A stretch of DNA of 64,000 bases, taken from the NCBI RefSeq assembly GCF_004010195.1, contig NC_057722.1, positions 65,727,932 through 65,791,931 of the forward strand, in the 5' to 3' direction. This document shows, one piece after another, positions 26,556-39,700 of this stretch. Both the position numbers and the translations under genes were made by a program. Under the pieces are notes generated by a model, which saw only the letters and a list, made by a program, of their open reading frames with translations, was not told the origin of the DNA and searched no databases. The first letter of the stretch is position 1, and the number at the start of each line of letters is the position of its first letter. The DNA comes from Chiloscyllium plagiosum. Lineage: Eukaryota.

Positions 26556-28164
26556 AATGAAAGAAACTCCTCATCTTTCCTCTTCTTTACAGCTGTGTAA
26601 CAGTTTCCTTGTTTTATCCAAGCAACAACAGAGTTAAAATGATTAAATTGTGGTATCTGGTTTCATGTAATTGGCTTACATCTCAATTTTACCAGAACAT
26701 TAACATAGAATTGCACAATTTAGGAGCAGGAGGAGGCCATTCAACCATTCTGGTCTGCTCCATTTGACTATCCTGGATTATCTATTTCTTGTTGTAACCC
26801 TGTTTTCCAGCCTGCATTTTCCCTCCCTTTATCCACCTCAAAAAGAATGATCCAACTGAAATATTTAAAATGACAAAAAGGAGGTGAATATATGCATAGT
26901 GGCAAACTAATTCTTCCAGTGGAAACATGGAGGCTCAGGCATAACTTTATAATTGGGGGCAAAGCTACTCAGGTATGAAAGCAGGAAGCATTTTTCCACA
27001 CAACAAGTGGGAGAAATCTGGAAATGCCTCATCAAAATGTCTTGAATCTGATATGTAAAAGCTGTGACTGATCAATTTTGTTAGGTTCTGAGAAAAAGGC
27101 AAATACTTGACTGAAGATACAGATGAGCAATAATCTAATTGAATGAGAAAGATTATGAATAGGGTGAATGACTTAGTCCTGTTCCTGTCTTTTTATGTGA
27201 ATTCTTTCAATATTAAACTTGTGATTGCATGAAATACTACATCACTTTCTTTGGTTTTCTTTGTAAGTTCTGCATGTGAATAATGTGCATTCAGTAAATT
27301 CCTACATTGGTAATATCCATTACCTGACTTGAAAAATGTGCACCAATGTTTTAGCATTGCATTAAAGCAGCTTTTCTGCGGCACCTTTGATAGTATACAA
27401 ACTAATATTCATAAGAATTGATCTGTAAAAAGTCAAATTCTAACCTATAGTTTTCCTGAAAATTATCTAGAGGATAATTATTTTACAAGTGTTTATTGTG
27501 GTTAAATCAAATGTCTTTATTCCTGTGACATTAGTCAGTTTGAAATTGGAATTACACTTTGACCTGCACAAATGCCTCATCTTCAACATGCCTGTGGAAA
27601 AGTGGGACTGGTTTGATAAATTGTAACATTCCTCTTGTTTGATTAACCAAATGCAACCCACACTCAAAATCATACAACTCTTTGATTTCAAAAAGTCAAT
27701 TTGCTCTTTTTTGAAATGATAATTTGAAGTCTCTTTCAGTGTCTATTTCTCTCATAGTTGTATATTGATGAGGAAAGATAAGTAAAATGTGAATGTCTGA
27801 TTATTATTGCAATTACTTTATGTTTAATGTGAACTGACAAAGATAGATAAAAAAAGTAACATTATTGGGAAAACAACATGAAACACACAAATAGTAAAAT
27901 AGCAATTTAGATCCACTGAAGAATATGGAATTTGAAATAGCAGTAGAAAATGTAATGTGTAGCTCTGGTTAACTGAGATGTTTCTATATATTTCTGAATA
28001 TGGCAATATATTTAATCAGTTAGATGATAAAATGAGCTGGAAATGAGGAACAATCCAACTGTAACATGAGATTTGACCACATGGATGACGCAACGATTAA
28101 GAAGTGATTGATTTATTCCACTGGTATCAGATCATCACAAATAGGAAGGGAAATTAAAGTGCTT

Positions 28165-28353
28165 CGGTTTCCTCCCACAGTCCAAAGATGCACAGGTCAG
28201 GTGAATTGGCCATGCTAAATTGCCCATAGTGTTAGATTAGGGGTATGGGTGGGTTTAGTCAGAGGGAAATGGGTCTGGGTGGGATACTCTTCGGAGGGTC
28301 GGTGTGGACTGGTTGGGCCAAAGAGCCTGTTTCCATACTATAGGGAATCTAAT
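28165..28353 (+). mobile_element. HE1-like SINE, 5'-truncated, inserted in the Gypsy LTR
   Basis: ggtttcctcccacagtccaaagatg..gcctgtttcc..aatctaatct; absent from the second LTR copy. Confidence 0.85.
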
Positions 28354-29075
28354 CTTATAAACAAAGAACCATTTGCAGTATGTACATGGAACAAAACATG
28401 TGAATTACATTGAGCTCAGGAACCCTTTGTCCATGTGCTCCATCTTTTCATCAACTCTCTTTCCACAAATAACATTTTCTTCTCAGCTGTCATCACTCAC
28501 TATCACCACATCTGGTGGAGGACCTGTTAACTGTTCAGCACCCTGGCTCAATTTCCTTTATCATGATTACCATTTGCTGCTGGAAATCCCATTATACACT
28601 TCCCTGCATGAAAATTGCCATCCTGCCAATTACACATGGCATGTAGTGACTGTGTTCTAAACTGTTGCATAATTAACAGGTTTAATTGAGCCATGATCGC
28701 AAGATTGTTCCAGTCCATATTAATAGCAGCATTTTCTTCTTATTATTGGACTGAGCAAATGATTCGTGTTGGGGTAATATCCAGCATTTGCTTGAGAAAA
28801 TGTTCTCAACCTCTTATCTGCACTGCTACATCCCATGGGATTCATTCGCTGTGGTGCACCATCCACGCAAGGGTCTAGGTCACTCAGTGCTCCAGGAGTC
28901 TTATGATCGGCTGCAGTTGTTCCTTTGGGATCTGCTTTCTGTAAGATCCTCCCTGTGCTATTTCCCAGAATGTGAGTAGGCCTCCAATGCATCCACTGGC
29001 TTCACAACTCACGGGTTAAGCCTAGACTTCATATCATTATCAAACCACTTCACTGCAGCAATCAAGCTTGACACG

Positions 29076-29571
29076 TGTGATGATTCTGTCACTTTAAGAG
29101 GTTATTTTCTCCTTTTGTTTTAAAGAGAAGTTGTAAGGCAGAGGTGACAAGCTGGCTACTGAAGACCACTTGAGTGAACAGTTTTAGAGGCCTTGTTTTT
29201 TTTAACAGCCTTTATGGGTGTGGCCAGCTATCACAGATTAAGATTTCTGGGTTTTGGTTTTTCAGTAGCATCAGAAGCTATTGGAGTCTCAACACAGTTG
29301 GAGGTTTCAGTAAATGTCTTCTGGTTGCTACTGTCTCTGAATTTTCTCTTCATGCTTCTTTTTACCTCCTGGGTTGGAGAACTGCATGTGAGAATCTGTG
29401 TCTGAAGTTTTCTTTTTACCAAGCGGTGTGTTTTGGAAGATTTAATTACAAACAGTTTGACTTGTTGGGCCGAAGGGCCTGTTTCCACACTGTAAGTAAT
29501 CTAATGTAATCATCTAATCTATGCTGTCCTCTTAAAATATTTTTCGAGGGTCTGGTCTGGTTCAGAATACA
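29076..29571. mobile_element. Possible solo LTR nested in the Gypsy element, with a SINE 3' tip at about 29460-29520
   Basis: TG..CA ends and distinct T-rich composition; no TSD found. Confidence 0.3.
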
Positions 29572-32500
29572 ATTCATGTTTCATAACATTGCTGAATGAG
29601 CTGCTTGCTTTGCACCATCCACCAGACTTCTGACTTCAAACAGCTCTCCTTCGTTTGTGAACCAAATCTGAGATTGATCTTCCTGGCTATTGATTCAATA
29701 ACATAGGTGTGGCAATTCATGTTTAGCTGCTTGCTAACTCTGTGGGATTCAGGGTTTTACACACCCTGTATCTGATGCTAACCCTTGAATTTGGAGAAGT
29801 AGTCTGCATCAATTAGAAGGTCAGTCCATTGGTCTTGTGATTGTTCGATGCCTTTGTTCACAGCCCTTCTCTCTCAGTGATCTTGGACATCTTCTTGAAT
29901 GCCGAGCTTAGCCTCATAGAATACTTGGCTATCCATTCATTGAACTGGCCATCCCCATCAAAAGGCATAGTGAATACAAAAAGATGACCACAGGAAAGAC
30001 TAGCTCTTATCTAAAGAAGAGATAGTATGGAGAATAGCACATGCATTAGTATGGGGTGCTAATATAAAAATAAACCAGTTCTGGTAGGTACTCAGAGCAG
30101 TTTTGTGTACACGCATGAGCCATGCATAATACAGATAAACCATTAACACTGTCTATTACAATATGGATGTTAAAAGGTGGTGCAGCCCTTGTCAATGCCA
30201 TATACCTGTACCTCGCAAGACTCCTGTAGGATCTTGTGTTCCAGCTCATTGAAATTCTGACATGGAACACCAAAGTAAACAAAACAATCACACTTTAATG
30301 TTCTGGCTACAGTTGAATTCTTTTGCTCATGAATGGGAATGGCTTGCGTTAACCTGAACATATCCATGGATATGAGAATGTCCTTGATGACCAGGGAGCT
30401 ATTGCTGGGATGATGCCATTTCCTTGCTTTGCCAAATTACACCTCTGACAATTCTACCACTATTTATCAATATCAGTAGCTATCCCAGGACTGTAACACT
30501 AGTCACTGATTAAAGTAGCCATTTTTTCTGTCACTTGGTGTCCAGCTTGATCAAGAACTGCCAATAACACTTGAAGCTGTTGGGAAGAATGAGTTATACC
30601 TGTTTGACGTCAACACCATGGGTACTTCTTACTTCACTGTTATAGTGATCAAATCATAATATACCCAAAACCCCAGCTATACAAAGTGTGACTGAAAATG
30701 GATATGGAGAGCCTGGTATAGCCATGCTACGGAATATCTAACTCCTTTGAAGCAGAGACCCAGGTGAAGGAAGAGACATCAATAATCCTGTGAATTTGAG
30801 GCAGATACACATGGAAAAACCTGGTAGTGGTTTGCATCTCTGCTTTTGTGTCAGTTAGGCATGGTGCTTCAACCTTGCCTAAATTTCATGTTCACTGTGG
30901 GGTGAGACCCAATTATTCTACATAAGACTAAGTATCTTCTTGAGAGCACCTTAATACCACCACACTTACCCCACACTCCCTACACACCCATCGTCAACTC
31001 CCTCCAATCTGGTTCTTGACGTTGGGCCAAACTAGTTTAATGTATGATGAGACCATTAAACTGGATGGGTTTTCTGTGCCTGATGGCTGTGTTGGCAATG
31101 GCTGTAAAGCACACTCTAGATTGGAGTGCCCAACCCTGGCACAATTCAGAAACCTCTTTAGAGACTATCTTGAGCAGGATTGGCCATGAGACTTACTGTG
31201 GAAATAAGAGAGCAAGGACTGGATCTGCACATGGAGTGTTGCCAGGTGTTCCACCTGTCTCTTTAGCCTGAAGTCTACATCCTGGTAGTCATCTCTCTGA
31301 TGGTACCTCTTTCCTGCCAAACTTTCCCCATCAACTGGATATATGATCCTGTGCTTCAAAGAAAGATAGTTGAGGTTTGTCACTGTCACACCTCCTGAAC
31401 TCCATTTGGACCTTGTCATCTCTGACTGATAGGTGACCCATTGGTATTCAGTCCTTGTCAATAAGAAGTAAAAATTAAGGAGGATGACTTGGTTGAACAA
31501 TTTCACCAGGGATATAGGAACTAGATATTCCTCTCAGCCTGCTTGTATTCACAAAACGTCTGCTGTAACTGCATCTATTTCTGTCTCCAAAAAACCCTTC
31601 TCAGGCACCTCAAAGACTCACTGCAGACATTTTGATGATTTGTACCACATCCTAGTATTGTTCAACAGAAGTTCCATCACAAAGTCACATGATCACTTGG
31701 ATTGAACCCTCTGAATGTTGTGGCCAGCTGTATGTCCTCAAACTAGTCTTCCATCATAGGATAATTAGTTATTTTCAGTCTTCTCCCAAATTCATCCATC
31801 TTCATATTCATTGGCAAGTAGAATATCTGACTAGAGGTACTGCTTCCCTCTTCCATAATGCAAAGGGAATAAACATGGGGAGCATCTATATCTGTTTGCC
31901 CTGTAGGTCTGATTCCCTACACCAGTCTCTGAGTTTTCAATGATCCTGCAGCAGATTCACCCTCCGTCTTGAAAATTGCCTTCTAACTCTTTCATCATAT
32001 GCTCCATTGTGGCCAGATGTCTTTCAACCTTACCCATTTTGAGTTGACACTGATTACTGGAACTCCACTGACCACACCAGAAATGTAACATGAGATTTAT
32101 AACATTGAAGATTCTCTACTCCACCAACATCAGATCATTACTAACAGAAAGTAAAATTAAGGATGAACAACAGACTATTGATTGTACACGTAAGTAGCAA
32201 AACCTATGGGTTACATTGGGATTGGAATCATTTGTCTGTATTTTTCCCCTGCTCATCCATCCTCTTCTCACCAAAGACACAATTTATTACAGCACAAATT
32301 CATTTGATTGCTTCAGCTGCTGTCCCTGACCATTGACATCTGCTAGTAGAGGACCTGCTCGACTGCTCAGTTCCTCAGTTAAATTGCAAGCAAGATTTTA
32401 CGTATTGCGTTCTTCCAATGCCAATCTATGAATACAAGTCTCCCATAATGGTAGAGGAGTCATCCAATCCTGTTCCCCACCTTAGTAGATTATGGTCTAC

Positions 32501-33403
32501 AGAATATAATCCATTTGAGAAAATCTTGTACTGCCTATGGAGGAACAAGGAGAGAATATTACAAATTTGGCAAGTTGGTCAGATTATCAGGAATAATGTT
32601 TATGCAAATTGACACCAAATACATGAGTATGTCCACCTCATATGAGCTAACAGCCATAAATTTGGTACAGCAGCAAAAGTAATGACTGACACAAAAGTAT
32701 TACAATGAACAATAATGCTACTGTGCTACCAGAACACAGTCAATCCCCAGTGTCACTCACAACGTAATGAATTTATAGTAATGGTCACAAGTTCACTGTA
32801 TGTATGCAGGATATGAGCTAATATGTGGTTTAAAAAATTTCAAACCAAATATATGGATTGTCTATGTCATGTTTATCCTAAAGATCAACAATGTTTGGAT
32901 CCCTAGAACTTAATTGCTTTCTGTAAACTGTTCTATTGCTCGTGGATTAAATTAATATTTTTGTGACTGTATTTTGCATATGGTCTTTCCCACTCTGGAA
33001 CAGTAGAAATAAAATAGCTTCATTGTATATTAAAATATCTTAAGAAAGAATTCTGATCAACTGTGAACCTGTCTTAATTCGCTGGGTTAAAACAAAACAT
33101 GCTGATGCATTTCAGATTGCCAGTTCTGCCACCATTCCTCTTAGGCATTCCTCTGTAGGGGTGGGGTGGAGCATCTTGATGAACAGTGTGTGTCTTGAAG
33201 CTGTAACAACTTCATGGCAAATTACAGTAATTTCTATTACTGCCAGAGGCAAATGAATGAGCAGTTAGATGGAAAAACATGATTAATCGGGAGAATGGGA
33301 TGTAACAGTTGGAACTGTACACATTACTACAGTACACCGAACATAAAAGAAAAGTTGAAATGTGAATTAAGCAACAAAATGTTTAAAAGTAATCATAATA
33401 CTG

Positions 33404-35208
33404 ACAAAGAACAAAGACTATTAAAGCACAGGACAGGCTTGCACTCTAAGCCTTAGCCAATCCAGATCCTTTATCTAAACCTGTCACCTATTTTCTAAGG
33501 ATCTGTATCCCTCTGCTGCTGGCCCATTCATGTGTCTGTCCAGATACATCTATCGTGTCCATCTCTATCACTTCCGTTGGCAATGCGGTCCAGGCACCCA
33601 CCACCCTCTGCATTAAAAAAAAACTTTCCATGCATATCTCCCTTAAACTTTTCCCCTCTCACCTTGAAGTTATGACCCCTAGTAATTAAGTCCCCCACTC
33701 TGGGAAAAAGCTTCTTGCTATCCACTCTGTCTATACCTCTTATGATTTTGTAGACCTCAAAAAGGTCCCCCATCAACCTCTGTCTTTCTAATGAAAATAA
33801 TCCTAATCTAGTCAACCTCTCTTCCTAGCTCACACCCTCCATGTTAGGCAACATCCTGGTGAACCTCCTCTGCACCATCTCCAAAGCATCCACATTCTTT
33901 TGGTAATGTGGTGACCAGAACTGTACTCAGTATTTAAGATGTGGCCAAACCAAAGTCCTACACAACTGTAAAATGACCTGCCAACTCTTGTACTCAATAC
34001 CCATCCAATGAAGGAAAGCATTCCATATGCTTTCTTGAACAATCTATTGACCTGCGTTGCAACCATCAGAGAAAAATGGACCTGAATAACCAGATCTCTC
34101 CGTATATCAATTTTCCCCAGAGCTTTTCCATTTACCATATAGTTTTGAATTGGATCTTCCAAAATGCATCACCTCGCATTTGCCCAGATTGAACTCCATC
34201 TACCATTTCTCCACCCAACTCTCCCACCTATCTATATTCTGCTCCATTCTCCGACAGTCCCCTTCATTATCTATTACTCCACCAATCTTAGTGTCATCTG
34301 CAAACTTGCTAATCAGACCACTTATACCTTCCTCCAGATCATATACGTATATTACAATCAACAGTGGTCCCAACACGGATCCCTGTGGAACACCACTGGT
34401 CACAGCTCTCCATTTTGAGAAGCTCCCTTCCATGACTACTCTCTGTCTCCTGCTACCAAGTCAGTTATTTATCCATCTAGCTAGTACACCAAGGACCCCA
34501 AGCCACTTTACTTTCTCCATCAGCCTACCATAGTGAACCTTATTAAATGTTTTACTGAAGTCCATGTATATGACATCTACAGCCCTCCCCTCCTCAATTA
34601 ACTTTGTCAGTTCCGCAAAGAATTCTATTAAGTTGGTAAGACATGACCTTCTCTGCACAAAACCATGTTACCTGTGACTGATAAGCCCATTTTCTTCAAA
34701 ATGTAAATAGATTCTATCCCTCAGTATCTTCTCCAGCAGCTTCCCTAGCACTGATGTCAGGCTCACTGGATTATCCCGGCTACCCTTCTTAAACAAGGGA
34801 CAACACTAGCAATTCTCCAGTCCTCCAGGATCTCACCCATGTTCAAGGATGTTGCAAAGATATCTGCTAAGACCCCAGTTATTTCCTGTCTTGCTTCCTT
34901 CAGTAACTGGGATAAATCCCATCCAGACCTGGGGACTTGTCCACCTAATGCCTTTGAGAATACTCAATACTTCCTCCCTCCTTATGCCGATGTGACCTAG
35001 AGTAATCAAACATGTATCCCTAACCTCAACATCTATTATGACCCTGTCCTCAGTGAATACTGACGTAAAGTACTCATTAAGAATCTCACCTATTTTCTCT
35101 GACTCCACGCATAACTTTCCTTCTTTGTCCTTCAGTGGGCCAACCCTTTCTCTAGTTGCCTTGTTCCTTTTATACGAATAAAAGGTTTTGGGATTTTCCT
35201 TAACCCTG
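33404..35208 (-). mobile_element. CR1 LINE, 5'-truncated, disrupted
   Basis: [43 protein letters not shown]. Confidence 0.95.
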
Positions 35209-36510
35209 CAAGTAGCAAAGAATATAAATAATTAGGCTAACGGTGAAGGAAAACATGCTGTAATATAAAAGAGGAAAGCTCCAATGAGCCATAGAATTGC
35301 ACAATCTAACACTAGAAGGAGGAAACTACTACAATGCAATGATAATGAAGTTGAAGGGATAGTAAGTAGCAGTTGTATGAACTGCCTTTTACAATATCAC
35401 CACCAAGCACTAGGTCTTGTAAATTCCAGTTATTGCATAATTTTCTGAAGTATCCTATACTAATATGGCACCTCCATTCATCTAAAAGAGTCATAGAATG
35501 GAACAATGCAAGCTGACCCATCATTCGTGTCTGTGCACCATTATTAGACCTGTTGCTTTTGTCTTTTCCTATTATCATTGTTTTCCTTCTTTCAAGTGTT
35601 CATCGAGTTGTCTTTTAAAAATTGCCATTGAATCTGCTTAAACCAAACTTTCAGGCAGCACCTTTCAGATCATAACAACTCACTGTATAAAAAAACCTTT
35701 CATCTCAGACTGAAGCATTCTCAAATTGTCTGATGTATGTGTTTTTAAGATGGGGTGCCATCTGCAAATGAAAGCAGCTTCTCCTTCTTTACTCTAAAAA
35801 CATCCTTCACAATTATGAACCTTTATTGAATTTCCTGTGAGCCTTCTCTGAACTTTGAAAAACAAACCAAACCATTGTAACCTTTCCATATTATTAAGTT
35901 CCTCTCTCTTACTGCCATTTTAGCAAACCTTCTATATGCCTGCACAATAACATCTCTGCATCAACACCAAGTCTTTTACTTTCCTATGAACAACAAATGA
36001 AACAGAATATGCCATTTGGTGTCACCAGATTTGCGTTATTTCTAAAGATGAATTTCATTTCAAGCATCTTGACCACCACAACAATCGCCATTTCTAGATT
36101 CAATTTATCATAAGTGTTTGCAGAGAAACTGAAAATTGTTTACCACTATCTGATGTAGAGGTCACAGTGCTACAGCTTAGTCAAAACAAATATGCATCAT
36201 TTAAAATCAGGAGAAAAGAGTTTCCTAAACAATTGACTAGATTTGCAGAACATTGTTGAAAATTAATTAGATTCAGTCCAAAATTATTTCTCAAAACTGA
36301 TTATTTGACAATATTAGATCTGCTTTAATTGGTTTTCTGCATGTGTATCCCAGGTGAGAACCTTGATTCAGACACCAGACTGTGGATGTTTGATACACCC
36401 TCACCTTTCAAGGATTGCTGTAAACTAAAAACATGTTTCTTTAGGGATTTCTAGAGATTTTTGCAGCATAATTAAATTGGGTGATCAACCTTGTAGACTT
36501 CATCAAACTT

Positions 36511-36517
36511 TATAAAA
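36511..36517 (+). promoter_or_regulatory. TATA box, gene 3
   Basis: TATAAAA followed by GGCAC, 39 nt before the first ATG. Confidence 0.7.
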
Positions 36518-36549
36518 GGCACATTAATCTCTTTTGCACACTGTAACAA

Positions 36550-36788
36550 ATGACCTCTGGTGCCTTGTTACACATTATAATGTATTACTCGTTTATCTGG
36601 GTGGTTTGTATTGTCATCCCTTTACTGGGAGCAGATGAATCAATGTGTAAGCGTTCCGGTGAGTTTTATTTGCCAGGTCTCTATGAAGGTGGAGACATCA
36701 TTATTGGAGGAGTATTTCCCATCTATAATAAAGAATTGAAAATAAGTAAGTCTTTTACAACTCATCCACCACCTTCAGAGTGTGCCAG
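36550..36788 (+). CDS. V2R gene 3 exon 1
   Basis: Hydrophobic leader, [12 protein letters not shown]; donor AG|GTGAGA; start is either 36550 or 36580. Confidence 0.88.
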
Positions 36789-39700
36789 GTGAGATTGTGT
36801 TTAAACTCTCTGGTTAATTTAGAAGTTCAGAATTGAGTTCATTAAAGCAGTTAATAAATGTCTTGTTAACTTTGAATATTAATCTTTGTGTTGTTTAACT
36901 GTAATATGTATTTGCAATCTGTTTCATTCATTTGTATTCTCAAATTCACTGGGAGTCACCAGACAGTAGAATCCAGATTATGATCCAGAAATTGTTAAAT
37001 TTTAGAAAGTTTTAACGTTATCAGGTTAATTTGTGCACATGTACTATACCAATGTGATTGTTTAGATATCATGTTCAACTTGAAGTATCTCAATGTTGAG
37101 AGTCATTTTAATCTTTTTGCTTTCCTTTTGGAAGTGTCAAAGTCTCCTTTGGTTTATAAAGTTGCATTACCTCGCTCTGTCATTTGTGTTCTACCATTTC
37201 CTTCAGTGTTACTACTGTCAATTCAAATTGTGTAAAGTTTAATGCAATAAAATTTATGGGCACATTTTATCACTGTTATCCTGCAGTTTTGATCTCAGAG
37301 CATTTCGCTGGACACTGGTCATGATTTTCGCAATAAAGGAGATTAATCAGGATTCAAAGATACTTCCAAATATCACACTAGGCTATCGAATTCATGATTC
37401 CTGTGCTTCACCATCTCAGGCTCTCAAAGCAGCCCTGACACTGGTAAATGGACAAGAAAAAAATATTCCAGAATTTAATTGCAAGGGAGGTTCTTCTATT
37501 GCAGCCATCGTTGGAGAGTCCGGATCATCACAGTCGATAACCATAGCAAGGGCAGTCGCATCGTTTGGTATTTCAATGGTAAGGCAATTCAATAAAAGCA
37601 GTTTTTGCAAACAGAACAGATTATTAATGGCCTTGGTTTCAGTCTTGACTAACAGAAATCCATCAATCTTGGTTTTAAATTTTTTGATTCCACTCCCCAC
37701 GCCCCCGAACCCCCTCTTCCCCTCCCCCCCCCCCCATCTTTTTGGTAAAGAATTCCAGAATCTCACTTGCAATTATCAAAAATGTGCATTCTGAGAATGT
37801 CATGAATTGTCTAAATCTCATTTTGAAATTTCCCACTATGCCTGTTAGTTTTCTCCCACCTCCCCAAACTCCTGCACCCTTCTTCTGGACTCTGGCACGA
37901 AAAGATCTAGTCAAACAAATCTGAATGGTTACGCAACTAATTTGCATTATGATCAAAAGTAGGTAATGAGAAACTGGCAAGGTGGCTGATTACCAACAGA
38001 AGCATATTTCAAGTAATTGACAAGAGGATGAGGTAGCAGGTGGGAGGTTTATATTTTTATGCAGAATTTTATGAGCTGGTATACATTGCTTGGAACATGG
38101 TGGTAGCAGCTGGAATGGTGAAAGGTTTGGGAACTAAATTCTAGAGCTTTAGCTGCATGCAAAGGGAATTGGGGATGTGCAAAAAGAGCATGAAGATTTG
38201 AAATGTTTTAGTCTGAATCTGGAAACAGAGAATAATAAGCACATTCAGAGATTTGAAAACAAAGCTGAGGGTGTTAAAAGTGAGGCACTAACAGATTACA
38301 AACGCGGGGCAATGGTGAAGAGTTCTGTGCAAGTTTGGAATTGGGCAGCAGAATATTGGATTTCAATCTGCAGGATGGAAGATCAGAGACCGTGAAAATT
38401 CAAAACTCAAGGTAACAATTGAAACAGCATCAGCAGCAGAGTAGCTGGGGCACGGAACACAGTTGTGTAATGACATAAAAGGGAAAAGTAGGTGATGTGG
38501 GTGGAATAATGGATATGTGTTCAGAACTTCACTCTGATGTCAAATATGATACATGTTGTCAGGTTGGGCTCAAAGAGTTGCTTGGGAAATGATGGAGTCA
38601 TTAGCTGGGTAAGAAATTTATAATGGTGGCCAAAGACAATGACTTCTGCCTTTCTGGTACTTGGTTGGTGGTAATTTCTACTTACCTTTAGTGGTTATTG
38701 GGTAATCAGCAGTAAATCATTGCAGGGATCAAGCAACATAATGACACATTAGGACAGACCAGAATATAAGTGGGACCTGATATGATTCTGGATGATATTG
38801 CTAAAGGGTGTGATGTAGATAATCATCAGTAGGAGACAAGGACTTCAGATGTAACATCTGAAACATAGATGTAGGTTTGCTCGCTGAGCTGGGAGCTTCA
38901 TTTTCAGATGTTTTGGCACCATACTAGGTAATATCTTCAGTGAGACTCCAGATGAAGCATCTGAAACATGTTTGAAACATCTGGAAAAGACATCATTGCA
39001 AATGATTCTCTGACTATCACCTGATGTATTAAAAAAATTGCATCAGGCTAGGATTGCTCCCACCAGATTGGATGATAGAAGAGACGTGATGGAGGAGGAT
39101 AATTTGAGTAGCTGTGTCAGAAGTTATAGATAGGTTGAGTAAAGTGAGGAGGGATGACTTATCAAAGTCACAATTACGTAGGTTGAAATTTCAAACTTTG
39201 ACAAGAATAATTCCACAAGTGGGGCAGGCGCTGAAACAGGTGCTTACACATACAATTTGGCTCAGTCTCAAACTTTGGACATTAAGAGCAACACGGGCGA
39301 TGGGGGAGAGCGAGGTGGGAAGATGGGGAGAGTGGGGTGTGGGGAGATAGGGAGAGCTGAGGGCTTACAGGGGAACAGCAGGAGAGTGAGGTGAGGGGAA
39401 GGTGGGGAGAGCAGGGGGACAGTGGTATATCAAAGGTAGATTTTTCATGGGGAGGGTGGCGTGGGTGTATATTACACTTTACAAACAGCACTCAAATCAA
39501 CGATAAAAATGGATGTTGCTGGAAAAACTTAGCAGGTTTGGCAGCATCTGTGAAGAGAAATCAGAATTAACATTTGATGGATTACTCGACCCAAAACATT
39601 ATTTATGATTTCTCTGCACAAATGTTGGCAGACCTGCTGAGCTTTTCCAATAAGCCCTGTTTTTGTTTCTGATTTGAAGTATCCATAGTTTTTGTTTTCA

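Larger units (their letters stand above)
28060..32436 (-). mobile_element. Ancient Gypsy LTR retrotransposon, internally deleted (LTR-PBS-gag-integrase-LTR)
   Basis: Diverged direct repeats 28060-28598 and 32084-32436 both start TGTAACATGAGATTT; integrase GHQ..PGI..DI..CQRC and TQAIP..TVARTL..FGVP..YGIDK..TT; gag knuckle xLNCARVGHSNLEC. Confidence 0.75.
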
